A stretch of 64,000 nt of DNA from Verrucomicrobiota bacterium (GTDB lineage Bacteria > Verrucomicrobiota > Lentisphaeria > Lentisphaerales > Lentisphaeraceae): the NCBI GenBank assembly GCA_039798785.1, contig JBDKFG010000014.1, forward strand, positions 4,207 to 68,206. The letters are read 5' to 3'. The notes beneath the pieces are model-generated. The model saw only the letters and a program-made list of their open reading frames with translations, did not search any database and had not been told where the DNA came from. Every line of letters begins with the position of its first letter. Within the stretch, counting starts at the first letter, position 1. Below, piece after piece: positions 1 through 8,644 of this stretch. Made by a program: the position numbers and the translations under genes.

Positions 1-1136
1 GCGGCGGCCGCTTCAGCCCCGGCATCGCCCCGGTGCTCGCCGCCTGGAAAGAGGGCCGTCCGAGCCCGGATAAGCTCGCCGCAGCCTGCCGCGAAGCCAG
101 CCGCCTCGCCGACTACCAGCTCAGCGAAAGCTCCGGCGACCACTTCTTCATCCGCGCCGGGCCCGGCCCGCTCGATCTCGACGCGCTCTGCGGCGGCTTC
201 ATCGCCGACGCCTTGCTGCGCCGCCTCAGCTCCGTCCCAGGAATCGAAGCCGCGCTCGTCAATGTCAGCGGCGACATCGCCTGCTCACCCGGCAATCACC
301 CCTGGTCGGTCTCCATCCCCGATCCCGCCCGCCGCGCCGAAAACCTTCCGGGACTGGCTGAATTTCCGGCGCCCCGGGCGATCTCCAGCAGCGGCGGCAC
401 TGAGCGCCACGCCGATGCGCAAGGACGCCACTCCCACATCGTCGACGCCCGTTCAGGCCTCCCCGCAGACGCCTCGCTGTGCTGCAGCGTCATCGCCCCT
501 AGCTGCGCCGAGGCCGACGGTCTCGCCACCGCTCTCAGCCTGCTGCCGCCGGATGAAGCGCAGCGGCTCGTCGCCGCCCGCCCCGGCTGCTCCCTTCTCC
601 AGATCGGCAGCGATGGAACACTCGCCGCCAGCCCCGAGTTCCCCGCCGTCGCCCGCCGCTTCGCCGCCCCGGCTGCCGCCGCCGGGGTCGAGATCGCTTT
701 CCAGCTCAGCAACTCCACCCCGAAAGGCAAGTTCAAAAACCACTTCACCGCTGTCTGGATCGAAGACGCCGCCGGCAAGAAAATCGCGGATCTCGCCCTC
801 TGGGGACGCAAGGCCAAGTATTATCCCTCGCTGAAAGCCTGGTGGAAGGCCGGAGGCAAGGACAGCGTCAAGAAGGCCGAAGTGATGAAAGTGATCAGCG
901 GCCCCTCCCGCGCCCCCGGAGCCCATAGCCTCGTCTGGGACTTGACCGATGCCTCCGGTAAACCGGTGAAGCCGGGCAAATACACCCTCTGCGTCGAAGT
1001 CAACCGCGAACACGGCCCCGACAAAGAGAAGCCTATCCTCGGCAAAGTCGCCTTCGACACCGCCAAAAAGGCTTTCGCCGAGAAAGGCAAGGACTGCTCC
1101 GAGATCCTCAAGCTCAGCGTCAGCCGCAAGCCTTGA
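1..1136 (+). CDS. ApbE-family FAD:protein FMN transferase (5' end cut by window edge) fused to a C-terminal DUF2271-like periplasmic domain
   Basis: Frame 3 is open from the window edge (GGRFSPGIAPVLAAWK...). ApbE-like motifs: GGFIADAL, ISSSGGTERH..HSHIVDARSG, CAEADGLATAL. The C-terminal ~140 aa (HFTAVWIEDAAGKKI..LALWGRKAKYYPSLKAWWK..GKYTLCVEVNREHG) resembles DUF2271. High GC3. Confidence 0.8.
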   Translation, partial: GGRFSPGIAPVLAAWKEGRPSPDKLAAACREASRLADYQLSESSGDHFFIRAGPGPLDLDALCGGFIADALLRRLSSVPGIEAALVNVSGDIACSPGNHPWSVSIPDPARRAENLPGLAEFPAPRAISSSGGTERHADAQGRHSHIVDARSGLPADASLCCSVIAPSCAEADGLATALSLLPPDEAQRLVAARPGCSLLQIGSDGTLAASPEFPAVARRFAAPAAAAGVEIAFQLSNSTPKGKFKNHFTAVWIEDAAGKKIADLALWGRKAKYYPSLKAWWKAGGKDSVKKAEVMKVISGPSRAPGAHSLVWDLTDASGKPVKPGKYTLCVEVNREHGPDKEKPILGKVAFDTAKKAFAEKGKDCSEILKLSVSRKP

Positions 1137-1140
1137 CCCC

Positions 1141-1834
1141 ATGTCGACCGAAGACGAACTCTATGGCGGCGAGACTCCGCTTCCGGATCCGGAGCAGCGG
1201 ATCTGCGACTGCACCGGCAGGACTGCCGGCCAGATCGAAGCGACCCTCCGCCGCGCCGGATCGCGCCATCCCGACACCTTGCGCCGGCATTGCGGTTCCG
1301 GACATCAGTGCGGCGGCTGCCGCCCCAGGATCGAACGCATCGCCGCGACGCTGTCGCTCCCGGAAGTGCCGCCCAAGCCCGGCCTCTCCTGGAACCGGAT
1401 TTTGCGCCAGACACATCTCTGGGCCTCGGCTCTCGCTTGCTCCCTGCTGCTCTTTTTCGCCTGCACCGGCTTTATCCTCAATCATCGCGACGCCTTCGGG
1501 CTCGACTCGGTGACCCGGAGCGACGCGACGCTGCAGCTCGAGATTTCGGCTCTGGCCAAGCCGGAGGCCGATTTCCTCGCCGTCCACCTGCGCCGCCTCG
1601 GCCTGCGCGGCGAAGTCAGCGACTGCTCCATCGACGACGAGCGGATCACCTTGCGCCTGGAAAGCCTGGGCGAGAGCCACGATGTCTCCATCGATCTCAG
1701 CTCCGCTCCTCGCTTTCACTGCCCTCAGCGGCCTGAGCCTCTTTTTTGTCCTCCCCGCCTACCGCCGCCGTGCCTGGCTGCTCTTCGCCGCCGCAACCCT
1801 CCTCTTGACTGCCATCTTCCTCGCCTGGCGTTGA
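1141..1834 (+). CDS. BFD-like [2Fe-2S]-binding domain fused to a PepSY-associated TM-helix protein, with an apparent +1 frameshift near 1685-1700
   Basis: N-terminus has CDC..(31 aa)..CGGC (ICDCTGRTAGQIE...GHQCGGCRPRI), then a TM helix (HLWASALACSLLLFFACTGFILNH). After ~1690, frame 1 turns into Pro/Arg-rich junk. Frame 2 encodes a clean TM helix SAPLLALTALSGLSLFFVLPAYRRRAWLLFAAATLLLTAIFLAWR, stop at 1832-1834, with better GC3. Confidence 0.6.
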
Positions 1835-1970
1835 GCTCCGCCTGTCCTCATCAACAGCGCAGCAGCACAGAGATTGACGGAGTTTCAGATTCTCCCGGAT
1901 TTTTCTTGACTTCCGGCAGGCTCTGGTCCTATCTTGGGGAATCCTGCAAGCCAATCCCTGGAGTCCAAAC

Positions 1971-2786
1971 ATGATCAAGTCCTTCCTCGCCGTCGCCTGC
2001 CTCTGCCTCTCGGCCGCCGCTGAAAACCCCGCCGCCGCTCCGGCCGTCAAAACCGAAGTCAAGGCCGGAGCTCAGTTCGGTGCCGGCGCAGAAGCCGTCT
2101 ACCGCAAAAGCGCTCAGGCCCAAGGCCTCGACAAGCTCGGCCAGATGAAAGGATTCGAGATGCAGTCGAGCTTTGAACTCGTCGGCCTCGGACTGAAAGG
2201 CTCATGCAGCCTCCTCTGCAGCCCCGACAAAGCCCAGATCCAGCAGAGCATGGCCAACCTCAAATTCGTTCAGGTCTACGACGGCAAAAACGCCTGGTCC
2301 AGCGACCCGATGTTCGGCGAACGCCAGCTCGAAGGCGCCGAGCTCTTCCAGCTCCGCCAATCCACCCTCAAGAACCTCGCCGACAACTCCAGCCTCTGGG
2401 ACAAGATCGAGCTCACCGACAACAAGGAATTCAAGGGCAAGGCCTGCGTCACACTGAAGTTCTCGAAGAAGGACATCGACGACATGATCCTGCACCTCGA
2501 CAAGGAAAGCCTCCTGCCCATCGGCACCGAAATGCATCAGGTCAGTCCGCAAGGCAAGGAGAAGATCATTTCGGAAATGAGTGACTACGTCCAGACCCCC
2601 GAGGGCTACCGCTACGCCTCAAAACTCACCTGCGTCACCGGCGGCGTCACCATGAAGATGAGCGTCACCTGCGAAAAACGCGACCAGATCGACCCTTCCG
2701 CCTTCGCCAAGCCCGCTCCTCCCGCCGTCAATCTCGATCAAGTCATCGATGCGCCTCTCCTCGAGGAAGCCCTGGAAGAGAAATGA
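1971..2786 (+). CDS. secreted hypothetical protein (possibly LolA-like fold)
   Basis: ATG preceded by TGGAG. Signal peptide MIKSFLAVACLCLSAAA. Good coding bias. No catalytic motif recognised. Confidence 0.6.
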   Translation: MIKSFLAVACLCLSAAAENPAAAPAVKTEVKAGAQFGAGAEAVYRKSAQAQGLDKLGQMKGFEMQSSFELVGLGLKGSCSLLCSPDKAQIQQSMANLKFVQVYDGKNAWSSDPMFGERQLEGAELFQLRQSTLKNLADNSSLWDKIELTDNKEFKGKACVTLKFSKKDIDDMILHLDKESLLPIGTEMHQVSPQGKEKIISEMSDYVQTPEGYRYASKLTCVTGGVTMKMSVTCEKRDQIDPSAFAKPAPPAVNLDQVIDAPLLEEALEEK

Positions 2787-2860
2787 CCTGCTAAGTTCCT
2801 TGTCAAGCAAAACGCGGCCCGGATCCCCCGGGCCGCGATTGCTTCTCCTCTTCCCTCCGT

Positions 2861-3274
2861 TCAGCCGGCGTTGATGCTGATGCGGCGGCAGTCCTCTTGA
2901 CGGCGAAGCTTGGGCAGCGCGATGCTCAGGAGACCGTTGCGGAAGGAGGCGCGAATCCCCTCTCCGTCGATGCCTTCCGGCAAGGTGAGCAGACGCTCGT
3001 AGCTTCCGGAAGCGGTCTCGACCCGATGCCATCGGAACTTGTCATTCGGCACCTGCAGCTTGCGCTCGGCCTTGACGCTGAGAATGCGATTCTTGACTTG
3101 CAGATCGATGGCGCCCTCCTCGATCCCAGGAAGCTCCATCTCGACCAGATAGCCAGAGGCGTCCTCGGCGATGTTGGTCGGCGGCTGGATGACGCCGCTG
3201 CGACGGGCTTGGCGGTCGAAAAGATTGTCGAAAAGCTCCCAGACATTGGCAGGGGCGGTGGCGGCTTGGCTCAT
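2861..3274 (-). CDS. Hsp20/alpha-crystallin small heat-shock protein
   Basis: Alpha-crystallin domain pattern (PPTNIAEDASGYLVEMELPGI..IDLQV..ILSVKAERK...SYERLLTLPEGID..IRASFRNGLLSIALPK). I prefer the internal ATG at 3274 because AAGGAGA lies 6 nt upstream. The track ORF extends to 3343. Confidence 0.9.
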   Translation of the reverse strand: MSQAATAPANVWELFDNLFDRQARRSGVIQPPTNIAEDASGYLVEMELPGIEEGAIDLQVKNRILSVKAERKLQVPNDKFRWHRVETASGSYERLLTLPEGIDGEGIRASFRNGLLSIALPKLRRQEDCRRISINAG

Positions 3275-3342
3275 GGTCGTTCTCCTTGTTATGGCATGGT
3301 TTCTTTCGGCGGACTCTGTCGCATTCGCCTTGCGGCTTGACA

Positions 3343-3355
3343 CTGAAGTCTTCAG
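3343..3355. promoter_or_regulatory. 13-bp perfect palindrome CTGAAG-T-CTTCAG upstream of hsp20
   Basis: Seen directly. Lies ~70-80 nt upstream of the hsp20 start, at the GC-rich edge of the AT-richer hsp20/desaturase divergent region. Matches neither CIRCE nor HAIR consensus as I recall them. Confidence 0.25.
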
Positions 3356-3533
3356 AAAAGCGCTTCATCCACACTGTTTTAGATTTCATTAATTTATTGG
3401 AAATGAATCGATTGAGTTTTTTTCTCCAGCTGAGTCCTGGCTTGCCCATGTGTCAGATCGGCCTCCTCCTGTGCCACTTGGTCATCACTGCCGTGACAAA
3501 GCGGCACGACATGCCGATGGCTCTCGGCTTCCC

Positions 3534-3561
3534 TTGACTTTTATTATAAATTGATATTAAT
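3534..3561 (+). promoter_or_regulatory. possible sigma70-like promoter for the desaturase-like gene
   Basis: TTGACT (3534-3539) followed ~15-16 nt later by TATTAAT, in a very AT-rich stretch. AAAAGGAGG RBS at 3590-3598 precedes the ATG at 3605. Confidence 0.3.
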
Positions 3562-3604
3562 TTCTGTGCAGACGGAAATAAATGAATAAAAAGGAGGCTA
3601 GCCG

Positions 3605-4432
3605 ATGAATCGGGTGCAGGGCGGCGGAGATGCGGTGCGAGGGGCGCTGCTTCTGGACATGGGGAAGCTGCTGCGACATGGCGGCGGACTGGCGGCCGGC
3701 TTGGCCGGTCTGACGCTCGGGGATCCCGGGGTGGTGCTTCTTGCCTTGGCGTGTTGCGGCTGGCCGGCGATGGCGCTGGGGGTGGTGGCGGTGCATCGGC
3801 TGTTGATCCATCGCAGCTTCGAGACTTCGCTGCGCCTCGAGCGGCTGATGCTTCTGGGGGCGAGTCTGAGCGGCATGGGCGGGCCTCTCAGCCTGATCCG
3901 GGTCCACGATCTGAGGGAGTGGGCCCAGACCCGGACGGACTGCGCCGGCTACTTCAAGCACAGCCATGGCCTCTGCCGCGACGCCTGGGAGCAGCTTTTC
4001 TGCCGCTTTGAGCTTGCGGATCCGCCGCGGATGGAGATTGCCGAGGAGAGCGATCGCTTCCTTCGGCTGCTCGAGCGTCATTGGCTTCTCCTTCAGCTGC
4101 CCCTGGGCCTGCTGCTTTGGCAGATGGGTTCATGGAGCGCGGTGGCTGGCGGAGTCGGGCTGAAGCTATTCGTCCTGCCCTTCCTGCACTGGCTTTTCGC
4201 CTGGCAGCTGCACCGGAGGGGCACGACGCCGCACCGGCTGCCGGGAGTGGCGGTGCAGGGGCGAGATCTCGGTCTCTGCGCCGCCCTGATCACTCTCGGG
4301 GAATCCTACCACAACCGGCACCACCGTTACCCGAGCTCGCCGCGCAACAGCAGCCGCCCCGGCGAGATCGACCTCTCCTGGCTGCTCATCCACCTCCTGA
4401 TCCGCCTCGGATGGGCGAGAACGAAAGGCTGA
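3605..4432 (+). CDS. membrane fatty-acid (acyl-CoA delta-9-type) desaturase-like protein with a degenerate second His box
   Basis: HRLLIHRSF (box 1, HxxxxH) and GESYHNRHHRYPSS (box 3, HNxHH). Where HRxHH is expected, the sequence reads VHDLRE. Several hydrophobic segments. Strong RBS. Confidence 0.65.
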   Translation: MNRVQGGGDAVRGALLLDMGKLLRHGGGLAAGLAGLTLGDPGVVLLALACCGWPAMALGVVAVHRLLIHRSFETSLRLERLMLLGASLSGMGGPLSLIRVHDLREWAQTRTDCAGYFKHSHGLCRDAWEQLFCRFELADPPRMEIAEESDRFLRLLERHWLLLQLPLGLLLWQMGSWSAVAGGVGLKLFVLPFLHWLFAWQLHRRGTTPHRLPGVAVQGRDLGLCAALITLGESYHNRHHRYPSSPRNSSRPGEIDLSWLLIHLLIRLGWARTKG

Positions 4433-4448
4433 ACTGCAGCGGCACGAA

Positions 4449-6095
4449 TCACTCCTTCGGCTTTGCCGGCCAAAGCTCGATCCGGTCGCTGCTTCCCGGG
4501 ATTTGAGCCGAGCCCGGCCGTGTCAATTCGACCCCTTTCGGCGTCCACAGGATTTCCTTGCCGGTCAGCGGGCTGATCACTGATCGGGCGTGGAATTCGA
4601 CCATCTTCTCCGGGGCGTGCCCCTTCTCGAGTTCAAAGAGGCGGGCTTCGAGAAGGAGCTGGAGGGCGAGCTGCATTTCGCCGGCGAGCTGCAAATGACG
4701 GAGAGTCCAAACCCGCTCATCGATTTGCAGGCGAGTGGCGTGTCGGCCAAGCGAATTCGGTGCGAGACAACCGAAATACCAAGGGAGATCGCTCCTGTGA
4801 TGGTCGTAGGGAATGAAGCTGTTGTAGTAAGAGATGGAACACAGCTCGCGGCTCATCAAGGCGGAATCGACACCCAAGGGCGGCAGGACAGCCAGACGCT
4901 CTTCGGCATTTTCAAGCAGGGCTAGACATTGTCCGGGCTTGTACCAGTAGCGGCAGGAACTCAGCTTTGCAATGGCTTTGTTGACCTCGTTGTTGCCGCA
5001 CATGCAGGGCTTGGTGACATCGGAAAGAATCCGATGAATCATGATTTGATCGAGCTGCCAAGCCCCGGTGGATAGAGCCAAGGGGCGAGATTGAGCAAAG
5101 AGCTCGCCGAAAGGCTCCAGAGCTCTCAGGCACTGGAGTATCTCCTGACATTGCTTCGCCTCCATCTGGGGAATCAAAAGAGCGCTGCTGTCGCAGAGGC
5201 GGCGGCGATGTCCGGCATAGATCTGGAGGGTTTTGTTGCAGACCGGCTTGATCCGCTCCAGGCTCCCAGCCAATCGCCAAGTGAGCTGCAGAATGGGCCA
5301 GGCTTCCGAGAGCGGGGCACCTGTGAAGGCTTGCTGCAGGCTATGGAGCACGCCATTGATACCAGCGATGTCCGGCTCAATCAGAGTGTGGAGTTCACCA
5401 TCGCAAATGATATCCGTCCTATCGGTCAGCCGCAGAAACAAGGGCTGCTTTTCCCAAGAGTTGGCGAGATGTTCCAAATCGACGAAATAAGCTTTGGCCC
5501 AGTCCAGCTCGCGATTGAAATAAGGATTGCCATATCTCAACTCCGACAGCAAGAACTCCGACTGCTTGACCGATTCTTCCCAGGCTGGATCGGCGGCAAG
5601 ATCCAGCGGTAGAGGCGCCAGTTTCGCCTGGGGTGCATCCCACTGCCAGAGACCGGTAAAAACCACAAGCGGCAAAGGCAGCAGCCAGCGACCGAAGCGA
5701 TGTCGGGCGAGACGGATCAAAAAGTGCTGGAAACGGGTCACGACCCAACTTAACATCAAGCCGCACGGAAGGATCAGAGGCAAGTGGATGAGCCACTCAT
5801 CCCGACCTTCGCGGATCGACCACGGGCCGAACTCGAGTGCGAGCAGCAGCCAAGGAATCAAGGCGGCGGGGATTTCTCCAGGAAGACACCAGTTCCATTG
5901 ACGGATCAGGTGGAATCCGGCGGGGCGGAGGGAGGGAATCAAAACGGCGGCGATCAATGCCGCGCCCAAGCTTAGCCTCGCACACTTGCCGCTATAGTCT
6001 CGATCAGGGACAAGCAGCAGAGCAACGAGCAGCACCCCGCCGAATATCGCGGGCGAGAAGGTCCATCGGCGAAGGGGTGGCGCTACAGAATCCAT
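4449..6095 (-). CDS. hypothetical Cys-rich membrane protein (N-terminal TM helices)
   Basis: Long ORF downstream of macB on the same strand. Start placed at ATG 6095 (MDSVAPPLRRW..); the track start 6242 would lie 36 nt from the macB stop. GC visibly lower than neighbours. No family recognised. Confidence 0.55.
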   Translation of the reverse strand: MDSVAPPLRRWTFSPAIFGGVLLVALLLVPDRDYSGKCARLSLGAALIAAVLIPSLRPAGFHLIRQWNWCLPGEIPAALIPWLLLALEFGPWSIREGRDEWLIHLPLILPCGLMLSWVVTRFQHFLIRLARHRFGRWLLPLPLVVFTGLWQWDAPQAKLAPLPLDLAADPAWEESVKQSEFLLSELRYGNPYFNRELDWAKAYFVDLEHLANSWEKQPLFLRLTDRTDIICDGELHTLIEPDIAGINGVLHSLQQAFTGAPLSEAWPILQLTWRLAGSLERIKPVCNKTLQIYAGHRRRLCDSSALLIPQMEAKQCQEILQCLRALEPFGELFAQSRPLALSTGAWQLDQIMIHRILSDVTKPCMCGNNEVNKAIAKLSSCRYWYKPGQCLALLENAEERLAVLPPLGVDSALMSRELCSISYYNSFIPYDHHRSDLPWYFGCLAPNSLGRHATRLQIDERVWTLRHLQLAGEMQLALQLLLEARLFELEKGHAPEKMVEFHARSVISPLTGKEILWTPKGVELTRPGSAQIPGSSDRIELWPAKPKE

Positions 6096-6277
6096 TCTTG
6101 GCCTCGGGGGGCTGCGTTGCGGCAAGATAGCACCAAAGCTCGGCGATAAGCAAGTTTCCCAGGAGCTCGGTTTGTGTTGCTGTGAAGCTGCGGTTCTGGA
6201 GATCCGCAGGTCACAAGATCTAGGCTGAGCTGCACCCGGCACGGAGGCCGGCTCCCAGAGCTCTCAGGGTCTGGAAC

Positions 6278-8251
6278 TCACTCCGTCCGCAATGCTTCCA
6301 CCGGGTTGAGATTGGCGGCGGTGCGTGCTGGCCACCAGCCGAAGACCAGTCCGGTGCTCGCGGCGGCGACGAAGGAGCAGCTGACCAGGAGGGGCGACAC
6401 CACCAGGGGCAGGCCGGCGCTGAAGCAGACAAGGCTGACGCAGAGACCTGCCAGGAGCAGGCCGAGGATGCCGCCGGCGAGGGAGATCATCACCGCCTCG
6501 AGAAGGAACTGGCGCAGCACCGCGTCGCGCGGTGCGCCGATCGCCCGCCGCAGGCCGATCTCCTTGATCCGCTCGTTGACGCTGGCCAGCATGATGTTCA
6601 TGATGCCGATGCCGCCGACCAGCACCGAGATCGACGAGATGACGAAGGTCAGGACGTCGAGAAGCCGTTGCGCCTCCTCCTTCTGGCGCAGCAGGTCAAG
6701 CGGGATGAAGAGCTGCCAGTCCTTGGCGCCGTGATGCATCGCCTCCATCACCCGCCGCACCTTGAGTCCGGCGCTGGCCATGTGGTCTTCATGATCGAGC
6801 TGGAGGAGGATCTCGTCGAGTTCGGAGCGCTGGTCGTTCCAGGTGGTGCGGGCGAGGACGGTGGAGAGAGGCAGCATGATGTCGCGGTTGGCGTCGCGGA
6901 CGCCGGAGGCTTCGAGGCCTCCAAGGTCGACGTCGCGGCTGGCGAGGACGCCGATGACGCGGCAGGGCATGCCGGAGAGATGCAGGGTGCTGCCGAGGGC
7001 CTCAGGTCCGATCTGGCGGGCAAGGCTGGATCCGATGACGCAGACCCGCGCCGCGGCATCCTGGTCGGCGCTCGACAAGGGACGGCCGGCGGCGAGGCTG
7101 AGATTGCTCACTTTGAGGATCTCGCCGCTGACCCCGATGACCCGGGCTTCAAGGCGCTGCCCTTCGTGCAGGACGTTCATGAAGGCTTCGCGGCAGACGG
7201 CGCTGGCGACGACGCCTGGCACGGCAGCCCGTAGCGACGCCAGGTCGCGGCGGTTGAGCCCGGCCGAACCGGCGGCGCGCGCCTCGACCAGGCGCTCGGA
7301 CTCGAGACGGGAATCGACCACCTTCACCAGATTGGAACCGAGTGCCCGCACCTGGTCTGCCTGCTTCTTCTTCGAGGCGAGCGAGAAGGAGCCCATGCTG
7401 ACCGCTCCGGCGACGCCGATGATGATGCCGAGGGCAGTGAGGAGCGAACGCAGCTTGTGAGGCAACAGGCCTTCGCGCCAGCCGACGGCGGCGAGCTCGG
7501 CCAGACCGATGCGTCCACTGCCCGGCTCCGGCGGGATCGCCGCCGGACGTGCCTCCTTGACTCCCGGTTCGTCGGCGACGATCCGTCCGTCGCGCATCGA
7601 GATTCGGCGTGTGCCTTGCAGGGCGAGATCGCGGTCGTGGGTGACCATGACGATGGTGCAGCCTTCGGCGTTGAGATCCTGCAGCAGCTTCATGATGTCG
7701 CGGCCGGTGGCCGAATCGAGGGCGCCGGTCGGTTCGTCGGCGAGGATGAGGGCGGGGTCGCCGATCAGGGCGCGGGCGATGGCGACGCGCTGGTTCTGGC
7801 CGCCGGAGAGCTGGGTCGGGCGATGGTGCAGACGCGCTCCCAATCCGACCTTCTCGGCCATCAGCCGGGCCCGCTCGAGTCGTTCGGGACGCGGCACGCC
7901 GCGGTAGGTCAGGGGCAGTGCGATGTTTTCCAGGACGTTGAGCTGGGGCAGGAGATGGAAGCTCTGGAAAATGAAGCCGAGGCGGCCATTGCGGGCGGAG
8001 CTGCGCTCGTCGTCGCTCGCCCCGGCCATGTCGACACCCGCCAGCTCAAGTCGCCCCGAACTCGGGCCGTCGAGCAAGCCCAGCAACTGCAAAAGAGTCG
8101 ACTTGCCCGAGCCCGAGGCGCCGACGATCATCAGGAACTCGCCGGCCTTGACCTCGAGATCGACAGCGTCGAGCGCGGTGACGCGAGACTCACCTTCTCC
8201 GTAATGGCGGCTGAGGGCGATACAGCGGATCAGGGTTTCAGAGACGCTCAT
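6278..8251 (-). CDS. macB: MacB-type ABC exporter (fused ATPase + FtsX-like permease)
   Basis: Walker A GASGSGKST, signature LSGGQNQRVAIARAL, Walker B ILADEPTGALD. C-terminal MacB periplasmic plus FtsX-type TM region. Start chosen at ATG 8251 (MSVSETLIRCIAL..) with GAAGGAA upstream. The in-frame 5' extension to 8518 was rejected. Confidence 0.9.
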   Translation of the reverse strand: MSVSETLIRCIALSRHYGEGESRVTALDAVDLEVKAGEFLMIVGASGSGKSTLLQLLGLLDGPSSGRLELAGVDMAGASDDERSSARNGRLGFIFQSFHLLPQLNVLENIALPLTYRGVPRPERLERARLMAEKVGLGARLHHRPTQLSGGQNQRVAIARALIGDPALILADEPTGALDSATGRDIMKLLQDLNAEGCTIVMVTHDRDLALQGTRRISMRDGRIVADEPGVKEARPAAIPPEPGSGRIGLAELAAVGWREGLLPHKLRSLLTALGIIIGVAGAVSMGSFSLASKKKQADQVRALGSNLVKVVDSRLESERLVEARAAGSAGLNRRDLASLRAAVPGVVASAVCREAFMNVLHEGQRLEARVIGVSGEILKVSNLSLAAGRPLSSADQDAAARVCVIGSSLARQIGPEALGSTLHLSGMPCRVIGVLASRDVDLGGLEASGVRDANRDIMLPLSTVLARTTWNDQRSELDEILLQLDHEDHMASAGLKVRRVMEAMHHGAKDWQLFIPLDLLRQKEEAQRLLDVLTFVISSISVLVGGIGIMNIMLASVNERIKEIGLRRAIGAPRDAVLRQFLLEAVMISLAGGILGLLLAGLCVSLVCFSAGLPLVVSPLLVSCSFVAAASTGLVFGWWPARTAANLNPVEALRTE

Positions 8252-8354
8252 GGAGAATCGGATTCCTTCGGTCATTGGCTCTTGCGACACCGACACTCGC
8301 CCGGAGTTGCCGCCCGGCAAGGGGGACGCCGCGATTTCGCCGCGCCCGGGACGG

Positions 8355-8397
8355 AAAAAAGATGCCCCCGGCATTCCGAATCCCTGTGCCGGGCATC
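8355..8397 (-). terminator. intrinsic-terminator-like hairpin + T6 inside the macB 5' leader
   Basis: On the minus strand: GATGCCCGGCA-13 nt loop-TGCC(GG)GGGCATC followed directly by TTTTTT. Located ~105-145 nt upstream of the macB start codon. Confidence 0.5.
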
Positions 8398-8644
8398 GCA
8401 TCTTGTATTCGGCTTCGGCAAGCTCGTGGCGCATTGAACAACGAAGAGATCCGAGCTGCACAAGTCTAAACCAAGCATGATTTGAGTTATGTGCCGCTCG
8501 CCGCGGCGACGAGCTCAAAACAATCGACTGGCGGCTCGAAAAAATCCTCCGCCACCGTGTAACCCAGGCCCTCGGCTCCGACAGATGTGTTCAGACTCGC
8601 TTCCGCCGGAAGCCGAGCCGGAACAAAAAAACTGGAGATCCCCG

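Noticed and set aside
1835-1974. Frame-1 tail of ORF 1141..1974
   Set aside because: It is Pro/Arg/Cys-rich junk after the apparent frameshift. Frame 2 ends sensibly at 1834.
8252-8518. In-frame N-terminal extension of the macB ORF
   Set aside because: The MacB ATPase domain begins right after ATG 8251, which has an RBS. The extension contains a terminator hairpin and has poor coding character.
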